Origin: Akkermansia sp.
Lineage (GTDB): Bacteria > Verrucomicrobiota > Verrucomicrobiia > Verrucomicrobiales > Akkermansiaceae
DNA: 64,000 bases
Assembly (NCBI GenBank): GCA_045540095.1
Contig: JAZQGN010000015.1
Span: 89,397-153,396 of the forward strand
Direction of reading: 5' to 3'
Position 1 is the first letter of the stretch; every line of letters starts with the position of its first letter. Below the pieces are notes generated by a model that saw only the letters and a list, made by a program, of their open reading frames with translations, ran no database searches and was not told the origin of the DNA. This document shows positions 1-9,313 of the stretch, piece by piece. The position numbers were made by a program, and so were the translations under genes.

Positions 1-5
1 GGCTT

Positions 6-620
6 TCATATAAGTTCCTGTGCGGCTTGTGTGGGGGTTTCAGAAGCGCAGATATATGATACGACAGCTACACCTGCCGCGAGGCCGGTGGCGCGTATGG
101 CTGCAGTGCGCTCGCGGTTTAGTCCGCCGATGGCCACCACGGGCAGGCTGCTCATTCGGGCTAGTTCGGCCCAACCTTCTACGCCCATGGGCGGAGGCGC
201 GTCATCTTTCGTGATGGTGGGGAACACCGGGCCACAGCCTAGGTAATCCACAAGAGCAGTATCCACAGCCTCCATTTCTTTCGGCGTGGTAACGGTAAGC
301 CCGAGAATTTTATCCGGCCCGATGAGGGCACGTGCTTCAGGTACGGGCATATCCTGCTGGCCGATGTGGATACCATCAGCGTTAATCTCTACTGCAAGCT
401 GCACGTTGTCATTAATGATAAGGGGCACACCCACGCTGCGCAGATAGGCCTGTAGAGGTAGCACCTGAGCTTTCTGCTGTTCGTGATTAAGCTTCTCGGA
501 GCGGTATTGTACGATGGTGACGCCGCCTTCCACGGCTTGCTTTACTGTCTCTACTAGGCCAAATCGGCAGCGCTCGATTTCGTCTGTAACCAGATAGAGG
601 TGATAGTTTGCTGTGTTCAT
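6..620 (-). CDS. thiE: thiamine-phosphate synthase
   Basis: LYLVTD, GGVTIVQYR, LIIND, GIHIGQQD, DYLGCGPVFPTITK, VVAIGG motifs; start overlaps cysK stop. Confidence 0.95.
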   Translation of the reverse strand: MNTANYHLYLVTDEIERCRFGLVETVKQAVEGGVTIVQYRSEKLNHEQQKAQVLPLQAYLRSVGVPLIINDNVQLAVEINADGIHIGQQDMPVPEARALIGPDKILGLTVTTPKEMEAVDTALVDYLGCGPVFPTITKDDAPPPMGVEGWAELARMSSLPVVAIGGLNRERTAAIRATGLAAGVAVVSYICASETPTQAAQELI

Positions 621-1546
621 TATCCGAAAAGAGGGGTGGAGTAATAACGGTCTGCACTGTCGGGCAGAATCACCACGATTGTCTTTCCTGCCATCTCCGA
701 GCGTTTCGCCACTTGGGTGGCTGCATATAATGCTGCGCCGGAAGATATGCCAACGAGTACACCGTCTTTCCGGGCCAGTTCCTTCGCTGTGGTGAAGGGC
801 ACATTATTATCAACGGGGATTATCTCATCACACACGCTTATATCCAGCACCGGCGGAACGAAGTTAGCGCCTATGCCCTGAATAGCATGAGGCCCTGCCA
901 CGCCACCGCTGAGCAGAGGAGACGCCGCCGGTTCTACTCCAATGATTCTGATGGAAGGATTTTTCTCCTTGAGATATTTGCCTGTGCCGGTAATGGTGCC
1001 ACCTGTGCCGATGCCGATGACGACCGCATCTACTGCGCCCCCTGTGTCTGTCCAGATTTCGGGGCCTGTTGATGCGTAGTGTGCAGCGGCATTGGCCGGG
1101 TTTTCAAATTGTCCTGCAACGATAGCACCGGGAATTGTTTTCCGGAGTTCTTCAGCCTTCTGAAGTGAGCCAGTCATACCCTCCTGTGCCGGAGTAAGCA
1201 CGATTTCTGCGCCGTATGCTTTCAGAATATTGCGGCGCTCCACGCTCATGCTTTCCGGCATCACCATAATTACACGGTAGCCACGAGCGGCGGCTAGTGC
1301 CGCAAGGCCTATTCCGGTATTGCCGCTGGTGGGCTCAATAATTGTACCTCCGGGGCAGAGTCTTCCTGTGGCTTCCGCATCATTGATAATAGCGAGGGCT
1401 GCTCTGTCTTTAACAGAGCCAGTGGGATTCAGGTATTCAAGCTTTACAAGCAGACGTGCCTGTAACTGATGCTCGCGATTGTAATTGACCGGCTCCAGCA
1501 AAGGGGTACTGCCGATGATACTGCTGATGGAGGTGTGAATAACCAT
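620..1546 (-). CDS. cysK: cysteine synthase A (O-acetylserine sulfhydrylase)
   Basis: NPTGSVKDR (PLP lysine), PTSGNTG, GIGTGGT, GISSGAA; 308 aa. Confidence 0.95.
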   Translation of the reverse strand: MVIHTSISSIIGSTPLLEPVNYNREHQLQARLLVKLEYLNPTGSVKDRAALAIINDAEATGRLCPGGTIIEPTSGNTGIGLAALAAARGYRVIMVMPESMSVERRNILKAYGAEIVLTPAQEGMTGSLQKAEELRKTIPGAIVAGQFENPANAAAHYASTGPEIWTDTGGAVDAVVIGIGTGGTITGTGKYLKEKNPSIRIIGVEPAASPLLSGGVAGPHAIQGIGANFVPPVLDISVCDEIIPVDNNVPFTTAKELARKDGVLVGISSGAALYAATQVAKRSEMAGKTIVVILPDSADRYYSTPLFG

Positions 1547-1653
1547 GGGCTCTCGTGGATTGCTTCTTACATTTTAGCGCACTTGTCAACCCCTGACGCG
1601 TTCTGAAGCTGCGTGACACTTCGTGAATGTGGCTGAAAGGTCACAAAAAAGAG

Positions 1654-1688
1654 CTGCAATTTGTATGCAGATATGCTACAATACGTTC
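1654..1688 (+). promoter_or_regulatory. sigma70-type promoter, probably leaderless
   Basis: CTGCAA-17 nt-TACAAT-6 nt-ATG. Confidence 0.55.
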
Positions 1689-2384
1689 ATGCACATATTG
1701 GTAGTAGAGGATGACGAAGATATCGCTGAGCTGGTAGCTTTTAATTTGGAGCGTCTTGGCTGGCGCACCACGCTTGTGCATAATGGTAATGAAGGATTGG
1801 AGAAAATTACAGCGCTTAGACCGGATTTAGTCATTCTGGATATCATGCTTCCTGGTATGGATGGCCTTTCCATCTATAAGGCTATGAAAGCCAAGCGCAT
1901 GACGGCTGATATTCCTGCGCTTTTCCTTACAGCTCGTGCTCAGTTAGAAGATCGTCTTGAGGGGTTGAAGCTGGGGGCTGATGATTATATGACCAAACCA
2001 TTTAGCCCTAAGGAGCTTGTGTTGCGAGTGCGTAATATCCTTGCACGAGCAAATGCAGGAGCTGCGGCCAAACTAGTGGTGCGAAGTGGTGCGCTGATGC
2101 TGGATAAAAACACACTTCGTGCATCCGCTGGAGGTGAAGAACTGGAGCTAACCTCTGCTGAGTTTAAGCTTCTCTCGTACCTTATGGAGCGCCCCGGCAA
2201 GGTACAGGACCGCTACAAGCTGCAGAATGTTCTCTTTGGTTATGCGGATACTACACAGTCCCGCGCGCTGGATACCCATATCAAACGCCTGAGGCAGAAG
2301 CTCGGGGCCTATTCTTCCTGTATATGCACTGAGCGTGGCGTGGGGTATTATTTTGAGGCGAACGAATCTTCGCAGGCTGATTAA
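1689..2384 (+). CDS. OmpR/PhoB-family response regulator
   Basis: ILVVEDD, LDIMLPGMDG, FLTA, GADDYMTKPF, C-terminal winged helix (RALDTHIKRLRQKL, RGVGY); start moved to the ATG at 1689 behind a promoter-like element. Confidence 0.92.
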   Translation: MHILVVEDDEDIAELVAFNLERLGWRTTLVHNGNEGLEKITALRPDLVILDIMLPGMDGLSIYKAMKAKRMTADIPALFLTARAQLEDRLEGLKLGADDYMTKPFSPKELVLRVRNILARANAGAAAKLVVRSGALMLDKNTLRASAGGEELELTSAEFKLLSYLMERPGKVQDRYKLQNVLFGYADTTQSRALDTHIKRLRQKLGAYSSCICTERGVGYYFEANESSQAD

Positions 2385-2408
2385 TTTATTCTTCATATGT
2401 GATATAGC

Positions 2409-2441
2409 AAAAGGCGAAGCGCTTTCACGCTTCGCCTTTTT
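2409..2441. terminator. bidirectional intrinsic terminator between the regulator and pgk
   Basis: AAAAGGCGAAGCG-ctttca-CGCTTCGCCTTTT perfect 13-bp inverted repeat between convergent genes. Confidence 0.9.
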
Positions 2442-2464
2442 AGATTTGCTCTGTGCAAAAAGTA

Positions 2465-3664
2465 TTACTTCTCGCTCAGGGAGCCGATGCCGGGCAGAAT
2501 CTTGCCCTCAAGCAGCTCCAGAGAAGCACCACCACCAGTGGAGCAGAAGGAGAGCTTGTCAGCTACCTTGAACTTCTTGGCTGCGGTCACGGAGTCACCA
2601 CCACCAACGATGGAGATGCAATCGCTCTCAGCCAAGCACTCAGCAATAGCCTTGGTGCCCTTAGAGAAGGCGTCCAGCTCGAACACGCCCAGCGGGCCGT
2701 TCCAGAGTACAGTCTTAGCGGTCTTGATGATGGAGCACATCTCCTCGATGGCCTTGTCACCGATGTCGATGCCCATACCACCCTCGGGAACTTCGCCGCC
2801 CTCAGCCCAGGGAGCTGTGCAGAAGGTCTCAGCACCCTCTTCAAACTTGAAGGTGTAGCGGGTATCTGCGGGAAGGATGAACTTCACACCCTTAGCAGCG
2901 GCGTCAGCCAGAATCTGGTTGGCGAGATCGAGCTTATCAGCCTCAATCTTGGAAGCACCCACGTTCTTGCCCTGTGCGGCAAGGAAGGTGTTGGCCATAG
3001 CACCGCCGATGATGAAGGTCTGGCTCTTCTCCATGAGCTTGGAGAGCACCTGAATCTTATCGGAAACCTTAGCACCGCCCATGATAACAACGAAGGGCTG
3101 CTCGGGAGTCTCAAGCTTACCCTCAAGGTACTCGAGCTCGTGCTCGATGAGGAAGCCCATGGCGGACTTCTCAGCGAAGTGGGTCACGCCCTCAGTGGAG
3201 GCGTGGGCGCGGTGAGCAGAACCGAAAGCGTCGTTTACGTACAGGGTAGCGTTACCAAGAAGAGCCTTAGCGAACTCAGCGTCGTTCTTTTTCTCCTTCT
3301 TATCGAAGCGAACGTTGTCCAGCAGCATCACATCACCGTCCAGCAGAGCGGCGCGGGCAGCTGTGGCAGCCTCACCGATAGTCTCGGGAACGAAAGCAAC
3401 AGGCTTGCCCAGATGGCCGGAAAGGCACTCGGCAGCAGCCTTCAGGGAGAACTCAGCCTGATAGCCGGTACCCTCGGGGCGGCCAAGGTGAGAGCAGAGC
3501 ACCAGGCGGGCTCCCTTCTCCAGGAGGTACTTGATGGTGGGCAGAGCAGCCACGATGCGAGCATCGTTCGTGATAGCACCATCCTTCATGGGAACGTTGA
3601 AGTCCACGCGCATGAGGACTTCCTTACCGGCAACGTCGAGGTCACGTACAGTGAGTTTAGCCAT
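2465..3664 (-). CDS. pgk: phosphoglycerate kinase
   Basis: MRVDFNVP, SHLGRP, NDAFGSAHRAHAS, GGAKVSDK, WNGPLG, GGGDS, STGGGASLELLEG; strong codon bias. Confidence 0.99.
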   Translation of the reverse strand: MAKLTVRDLDVAGKEVLMRVDFNVPMKDGAITNDARIVAALPTIKYLLEKGARLVLCSHLGRPEGTGYQAEFSLKAAAECLSGHLGKPVAFVPETIGEAATAARAALLDGDVMLLDNVRFDKKEKKNDAEFAKALLGNATLYVNDAFGSAHRAHASTEGVTHFAEKSAMGFLIEHELEYLEGKLETPEQPFVVIMGGAKVSDKIQVLSKLMEKSQTFIIGGAMANTFLAAQGKNVGASKIEADKLDLANQILADAAAKGVKFILPADTRYTFKFEEGAETFCTAPWAEGGEVPEGGMGIDIGDKAIEEMCSIIKTAKTVLWNGPLGVFELDAFSKGTKAIAECLAESDCISIVGGGDSVTAAKKFKVADKLSFCSTGGGASLELLEGKILPGIGSLSEK

Positions 3665-3804
3665 ATTGTTGTTATTGGTTAGAAGTTTTTTCAGAGCTTA
3701 CTGCTCCGCGTGGTTATTTTACAACGTATTTCTTTGCAGCGCAAGGCTAAAAATTTGGAATGACGATTTTCTTTCACCTCGCTTGTATTTTTACGTGCTG
3801 TTTA

Positions 3805-4803
3805 TTATTGCGCTGACTTGTCGAGAAAACGCTTAACAAGCTTACGGTCCGGGCTGGCCATGGGAGTGGAAGCAAGCTCGGAGAGGGGAATGAGGCGTTC
3901 GTTGTTCATGGGCGCTGCAACGTCTGCCTTGTGTAGATGGCGGGTGACCTTGTAACGGGTCACGTTGTACTTCTGGTCACACATATGAGGGAGGGCGGAA
4001 ACTTCATTCTGTTCGCGGCGGGGGAGGCGGTACATCCCCTCGTGCCGTTTACCACCGGGTTGTTTTTCCATAAGGAGGCCATGTTCTGACAGGTACCAGA
4101 TATCCCAGTGTTCTATTAAGGTTACCTCTTTTTTAGGAAGTTTGATGGGAAGTTTTTCCGGCTGAGTGGCGGTGCAAAAATCGCGTATGGGGCAGAGAAG
4201 ACAAGTGGGCTGAGTGGTGGTACAAAGGGTTTGCCCGAGCTCCATGATGGCGGAATTATAGGCTCGCGGGTTGGTGGAGTGTACGAGTTGCGCTGCCAGT
4301 TCCCAGTGTTTTCTGCGGCCTGCCGGGCTGTCAATGGGGGTGGCGTCGTTGAATACTCGGGCGAATACTCTGCTCACGTTCGCGTCCACTAATGGTGCAG
4401 GGCGGTTGTATGCAAAGCTCAGCAGGGCTCCCGTAGTGTAATCTCCTATTCCGGGCAGTGCGCGGATGTTTTCCTCATTCTGCGGGAAAACTCCATCATG
4501 CTTCTCACAAATGGCTATGGCTGTAGCACGCAATGAGCGTACGCGGCGGTAATAACCGAGCCCCTCCCATGAGCGCAAGGCTGTTTCCTCATCCGATTGT
4601 GCGAGATGAGCCGGCGTGGGAAACTGATTCATCCAAGGCTCATATCTTGCCAGCACAGTCGGGATAGTCGTCTGTTGCAGCATGACTTCACTCACCAGAA
4701 TAGCCCACGGGTCTGTGGTGCGCCGCCATGGATAATCCCGTCCGTGAGCGAGAAACCAATCCACCAGAGCCTGAGAGAAATCCTTGTAATGCTCTACCTT
4801 CAT
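3805..4803 (-). CDS. mutY: A/G-specific adenine glycosylase
   Basis: ILVSEVMLQQT, WEGLGYYRR, LPGIGDYT, VDANVSRV, MELGQTLC..P.CLLCPIRDFC Fe-S motif. Confidence 0.93.
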   Translation of the reverse strand: MKVEHYKDFSQALVDWFLAHGRDYPWRRTTDPWAILVSEVMLQQTTIPTVLARYEPWMNQFPTPAHLAQSDEETALRSWEGLGYYRRVRSLRATAIAICEKHDGVFPQNEENIRALPGIGDYTTGALLSFAYNRPAPLVDANVSRVFARVFNDATPIDSPAGRRKHWELAAQLVHSTNPRAYNSAIMELGQTLCTTTQPTCLLCPIRDFCTATQPEKLPIKLPKKEVTLIEHWDIWYLSEHGLLMEKQPGGKRHEGMYRLPRREQNEVSALPHMCDQKYNVTRYKVTRHLHKADVAAPMNNERLIPLSELASTPMASPDRKLVKRFLDKSAQ

Positions 4804-4805
4804 GA

Positions 4806-6659
4806 TTAGGTGGGCGTGTGTGTCTCTGTGGTGTAGATCGAGATATCTGCATCACGAGTACCGAGAAGCTTCTGGGCACGCATGAGTGCCTTTCTGGTGG
4901 AGATGTTCGGGTTCTTCGGCTCGTAAATGAAGATATTGCTTTCCCCTTTACTGCGGTCACAGTCCGCCTGCAGCACATCCAGTACACCGCTTTTGCGCAG
5001 AACTCGGAACACTTGTCGCCCTGCGCCGGATACAATCAGGTGACGGCCTTTCTCTCGCGTGAACTTAATGAGTTCTTCCAGTGCGCAGACGGAAGTGGCA
5101 TCCAGATTACGGGCATTCCTCATGCGAAGAACGATGACGGCCAAGGATGGGTCTTCTGCAATACGGGATACCTGTTTACGGAAGAGATCAGCAGCACCGA
5201 AAAAGAGGTCACCTTCCACGTGGACGATAGAAATCTGTGGCAGGCGGCTGACCTGACTACTCACCTCCATGAGAGTGCCTTCCTTGTCAAAGGTATATTC
5301 CACAAGCTCCGGCTTGGCGGCTTTGCGCAGGAAGAGGGAAACGGAGATAACAACGCCCACGAAAATGGCGATGTGCAGAGGCAGTAGAAGTGAGGCAATG
5401 AATGTGATAAGTAGTACTACGGCATCACCTCTTGTAGAGCGGAAGCATATGCGCAGCAGCTTTCTGTCGTACAGTGATACAGCATTAGCCAGCACGAGTG
5501 CGGCTAGCACGCTGTGAGGTATGCAGGAAATGATGGGGAAACTGGCCAGTACAAAGGTAATACCCAGGCAAAGCAGACCACAAATAACGCCGGAGAAACG
5601 CGTGGCTGCGCCGGCCGTATAGTTCAGCATGGAGCGGGTAAGAGAAGCAGAGCAGGGAAGTGAGGTCGTGAAGGCAGAGCCGATGTTGGCCATACCCACA
5701 GCAAAGGTGTCCTGATTAAGATTGACCGGTTCACCGGTTTTGGCTGAAAGAGTCTTACTCATGACGGTCTGTTCAAGCGTGGAGAGGAACGCTATACCGA
5801 TAACAACGGGGAATAGTTCTGCCAGATGCCCGGAGATGGACCATACAGAGGGTGGTGTGCACGTGAGGTCACTCATGGTGAAGTCCTTTAGCATGCGGAC
5901 ATCCGCGAAGTAACCACCTGCCCATGGCTGGCTTAGTACCCAGTTCAGAACACTCATGGTCAACAGAATAACAGCAAAGGTGGGAAGGAACTTGAAATGC
6001 TTCTTGAGTGGTATGAACATCAAGAATGACAATGTGCCGAGAGCTATCGGCTGCCACTGTACTTTATCAAGATTATTGATAATGGCCGAGCTCATGGTGA
6101 AGAATGAGCTGCCGGCGTTCACGTCATTAATCCCCATCACGTATCTCAGCTGAGAGGCGATAATGAGAGTCGCAGCGCCTGTGATATAGCCCACCAGAAC
6201 GCTTCGGCTCACAAATTGGAGCATTTCTGTGGCCTTTACAAAGGCTCCAATGACGCATACCAAGCCCGCCAAGAATACGATTAGCGGTACGAAAATGGCT
6301 GGCTGGCTCTGTATGGCCGGAGAAGACGCAAGAAAGAAGCTGGCCAACATGAACGCGGTAGCATTACTGGGGCCACTGACAGTAAGGCTACAGCGCGTGA
6401 AAAGAGGTGCTATGAATGTGCCTACTGTGGCGGCCATGATGCCATAAATACTATCCAGCCCGGCCATAGCTGCGAAAGCCATACCTTGGGGCAATCCCAC
6501 CAGCGCAACATCCAGCGCAGCCTTGGTATCACGCCCCGCTTTGGAAAGGTTGTATCCGCTGATGGCATGCCGTGCGGGGAAAAAATCAATCATTCCCTGT
6601 GCTAGATAGATACACAGCCCTTTCCAAGCGAGTCTGATACGATGTGCCAAAGCTCCCAT
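4806..6659 (-). CDS. SulP-family anion transporter with C-terminal STAS domain
   Basis: LPQGMAFA, SGPS, multiple TM segments, NQDTFAVGMANI, STAS (VEGDLFFGAA, LDATS). Confidence 0.9.
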   Translation of the reverse strand: MGALAHRIRLAWKGLCIYLAQGMIDFFPARHAISGYNLSKAGRDTKAALDVALVGLPQGMAFAAMAGLDSIYGIMAATVGTFIAPLFTRCSLTVSGPSNATAFMLASFFLASSPAIQSQPAIFVPLIVFLAGLVCVIGAFVKATEMLQFVSRSVLVGYITGAATLIIASQLRYVMGINDVNAGSSFFTMSSAIINNLDKVQWQPIALGTLSFLMFIPLKKHFKFLPTFAVILLTMSVLNWVLSQPWAGGYFADVRMLKDFTMSDLTCTPPSVWSISGHLAELFPVVIGIAFLSTLEQTVMSKTLSAKTGEPVNLNQDTFAVGMANIGSAFTTSLPCSASLTRSMLNYTAGAATRFSGVICGLLCLGITFVLASFPIISCIPHSVLAALVLANAVSLYDRKLLRICFRSTRGDAVVLLITFIASLLLPLHIAIFVGVVISVSLFLRKAAKPELVEYTFDKEGTLMEVSSQVSRLPQISIVHVEGDLFFGAADLFRKQVSRIAEDPSLAVIVLRMRNARNLDATSVCALEELIKFTREKGRHLIVSGAGRQVFRVLRKSGVLDVLQADCDRSKGESNIFIYEPKNPNISTRKALMRAQKLLGTRDADISIYTTETHTPT

Positions 6660-6668
6660 ACAATTCTT

Positions 6669-6697
6669 ATTCTAGCACAGTGAATGTTATTCTGCAA
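6669..6697 (-). promoter_or_regulatory. sigma70-type promoter of SulP (and possibly mutY)
   Basis: TTGCAG-17 nt-TAGAAT-9 nt-ATG on the minus strand. Confidence 0.6.
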
Positions 6698-6703
6698 GTT
6701 GAA

Positions 6704-9313
6704 TTATTCTGCGCTTGTGGGCTGAGGTTCAGAAATGCTATTCAGGAGTTCCTGAGCTCGTTCCTGATTCTTATGGGCTGAGGCGTTGTCCTGCTCGCGG
6801 CGTACTATATCAGCCAGCAGTACAGTGGCTTGCTCCAGCCACATCCTAGCGTCCTGATTCTTGCCGAGAGTGATGGCATGAGACGCTGATTCTATCAGTG
6901 CATCGGTGTAGAGTGTTTTAAGGCGAGGATTTGCTGGGGAGTCCTGTAGTAACTGCCGAACAATGCTGCGGTATTTTTCGAGTTCCTCTGTAACGCGAGC
7001 ACTACGGTGTTCGTTTGATGCGCACGCAATGGCCCGACCGCGGTGTGCGCCGGCCATAATCATGGAATATTCCACATTACCGGGGGCTGTGGTAAGCAGG
7101 CGTTCCGTTTTCTGCATGACAGTGTTACAGTACGCTTCAGCTTGGTTGTAAAAATGGCGGCGTAGCATGATTTCAATCATGTATGACATGGCGCGGCACT
7201 GCTGAAACAGATAATCAGTGTTATTAGAATCTAGAGATTCCAGTTCCTCAGAAAGCTCGATACTTTGCTTAAAGGCAATCATGGCGTTTTCATCATGCTC
7301 ATGGCGCTGCGTATCATCAGTAGCCGCTGTGCTCATGAGCATATGCATCAGTCCACGTGCATATGTCTCGGCTGCGAGCCCAGCCTTGAATGACAAGCGG
7401 TGCGGATGAGTGGCTGCCAAGGAGGTGTATATATCATGTGCCTCATGAAGAAGAAGATTTGCGGCATTAAAATCTGCCGCATCCATCAGAACATTTGCCT
7501 GACTGATGAGTGCCTGAGCCAATCCCATGCGGGCGTTTTCATGCCGTGGGTATTTGGCAATGAGCTCGCGGAACATGCGAACCATGCTATCGATGGTTTT
7601 GCTGTTCATGGAAAGATTACCTGAGATGACAGCAAAGCGTGCGGAGTAATCCATGGCTTTCCCGAGTTCGCAGCGGTAATCCGGATTGTCTGGCGATTGA
7701 TCGCAGAGAGAACGCAATACATTAAGAGCTTGGCTCACGAGTACGCGCGCCTGCTCATTCATGTTTCTCCTTCTCCCTACCTCTGCTCGCAATAACCACG
7801 TGCGCGCCAGCTCAAAGCGGTAGCGCTGGTCATCAGGGTAGGTATCATGAAGAGATTGCAAAAGTTTTGTGGCATTTCGATATGCGTCCGTGGCTGCTGC
7901 CAGCTCGCCTTGCTGTACATGTACGGACCCCAGGTTTTTCCATGCAATTGCCAGTGCTCGCTGAAGAGTTTCATCCTGAGCGATGGGGAGGCTTTCCATG
8001 GAATTAAGATAGTTCTTAAGATTATTGCCCAGCTGTTGTTGTAAAGCAGTAGAGCCAGGGATGTCAGCAAGTTCATCATTGAAGTCATAGAGCATGCCTT
8101 CCGTGAACGTGAGGCTGTTGTTATAAATTTTCATGGCCTGCTCCTTTTCCTTAAGTGCCCATATGCTCAGAGCTGCCAGCGTAACGACGATGGCTACACT
8201 GGTGGTCATGAGGATACGCATACGGCGCATCAGACCGGATGGCGGAGGTATGATGCCGCTCTCCATACTGTCACGCCAAGCGGCGGCACTCTTCCAGCGC
8301 TCAGATGGTTCTAAGGAAAGAGCTCGATCTATTGCCTGCAAGAAATGGCGGCTGTAGAACTCTTCCAAGTAGGGACGCCCTGCAAGCGGTTTATACGGGT
8401 CCGGGGACGCGAGTACGCGCATGTCTGCTTTCGGGGGGAGCAGGCGGGTGACAAGATAATAGAAGGTGGCGCCTAGCGCATATATATCCGTCTGAGGGCC
8501 TATGGCTGCGCTCATTTGGGCATCCGTCCGGGCGGTGCTTTGTTCAGGAGCGCAGAAATCCGGTGTATAGATGTTGGTATATATCTTACCTTCTTGGTGC
8601 TGACGGGCGGAGCCGAAGTCCAGTAGAATGGGGCGGCCTTCAGTATTCACAAGAATGTTTTCCGGTTTTATGTCTCGGTGTACGATTCCGTGCTGCTCCA
8701 TGTATTCCAGCGTATAGAGCAGAGAGCGCAGCAGCTGCTTATTTTTGCGGGCTTCCATGGCTTGGCGAGTCTTGTCCAGCGTAGGCTGCTCAGGAAGTTC
8801 CAGTGATTTACCTTCCACATACGGCATCACATAATAAGCCGTGCCGTTTTCTTCAAAGCCGGAAATAATGGGCACAATGCCCGGATGTTCCAGCCCCATG
8901 AGCACCACGACTTCTTCCATGAACTCTGCCATGGTGGCTTTGAAGCGCTCATCCGTCTCAGGGGATATGCTGCTCACGAAGGTGCTTCCGGGCACACGCA
9001 TAGCCAGATTCGCCGGAATATGCTCCTTGATTACCACGATGGAGCCTTGAGTGCAGTGGCGTGCGCGGTAGGTAATGCCAAATCCACCCTGACCGAGTTT
9101 GGATATAATGATATACTCGCCTACTTGCGTTTCCGGCGGTAGGGGGGCTCGCTGGTTGTTTGTATCCGGCTGAGCTGGCTCGTGCTCGGGAGCGGATTCA
9201 ACAATCTCCTCCGGTAAAGTGAGCTGGGGGGGAACCGGTTTGGGTACACCGGGGGGGACAATTGGAGGAGGTGGCGCGCCATGAGGCGCTGAGTTGAGAG
9301 GTGGCTGTTTCAT
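6704..9313 (-). CDS. Hanks-type Ser/Thr protein kinase with a TM helix and TPR-like C-terminal region
   Basis: Pro-rich N-terminus; GQGGFGITY, VVIKE, HRDIKPEN, DFG, APEQ, DIYALG; hydrophobic ILMTTSVAIVVTLAALSIWAL; helical repeats afterwards. Confidence 0.92.
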   Translation of the reverse strand: MKQPPLNSAPHGAPPPPIVPPGVPKPVPPQLTLPEEIVESAPEHEPAQPDTNNQRAPLPPETQVGEYIIISKLGQGGFGITYRARHCTQGSIVVIKEHIPANLAMRVPGSTFVSSISPETDERFKATMAEFMEEVVVLMGLEHPGIVPIISGFEENGTAYYVMPYVEGKSLELPEQPTLDKTRQAMEARKNKQLLRSLLYTLEYMEQHGIVHRDIKPENILVNTEGRPILLDFGSARQHQEGKIYTNIYTPDFCAPEQSTARTDAQMSAAIGPQTDIYALGATFYYLVTRLLPPKADMRVLASPDPYKPLAGRPYLEEFYSRHFLQAIDRALSLEPSERWKSAAAWRDSMESGIIPPPSGLMRRMRILMTTSVAIVVTLAALSIWALKEKEQAMKIYNNSLTFTEGMLYDFNDELADIPGSTALQQQLGNNLKNYLNSMESLPIAQDETLQRALAIAWKNLGSVHVQQGELAAATDAYRNATKLLQSLHDTYPDDQRYRFELARTWLLRAEVGRRRNMNEQARVLVSQALNVLRSLCDQSPDNPDYRCELGKAMDYSARFAVISGNLSMNSKTIDSMVRMFRELIAKYPRHENARMGLAQALISQANVLMDAADFNAANLLLHEAHDIYTSLAATHPHRLSFKAGLAAETYARGLMHMLMSTAATDDTQRHEHDENAMIAFKQSIELSEELESLDSNNTDYLFQQCRAMSYMIEIMLRRHFYNQAEAYCNTVMQKTERLLTTAPGNVEYSMIMAGAHRGRAIACASNEHRSARVTEELEKYRSIVRQLLQDSPANPRLKTLYTDALIESASHAITLGKNQDARMWLEQATVLLADIVRREQDNASAHKNQERAQELLNSISEPQPTSAE

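Noticed and set aside
1-9. ATG AAA GCC overlapping the thiE stop on the minus strand
   Set aside because: Probably the start of the next gene, but three codons cannot support a call.
1547-1688. Possible TPP riboswitch or Rrf2-type operator upstream of cysK-thiE
   Set aside because: No TPP core motifs or clear palindrome. TTGACA and TAAAAT are only 7 nt apart, so no promoter call is made either.
2453-3682. 409-aa plus-strand ORF opposite pgk; likewise 19865-21565, 25898-26866, 31730-32845, 35213-36229, 49826-50848, 58800-59708 and 62723-63586
   Set aside because: Antisense shadows of recognisable, codon-biased genes. They have no motifs or plausible starts of their own.
9226-9257. Two G7 tracts at the 5' end of the kinase, possible phase variation
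   Set aside because: Short, and accounted for by Pro codons in a Pro-rich N-terminus. The frame is intact.
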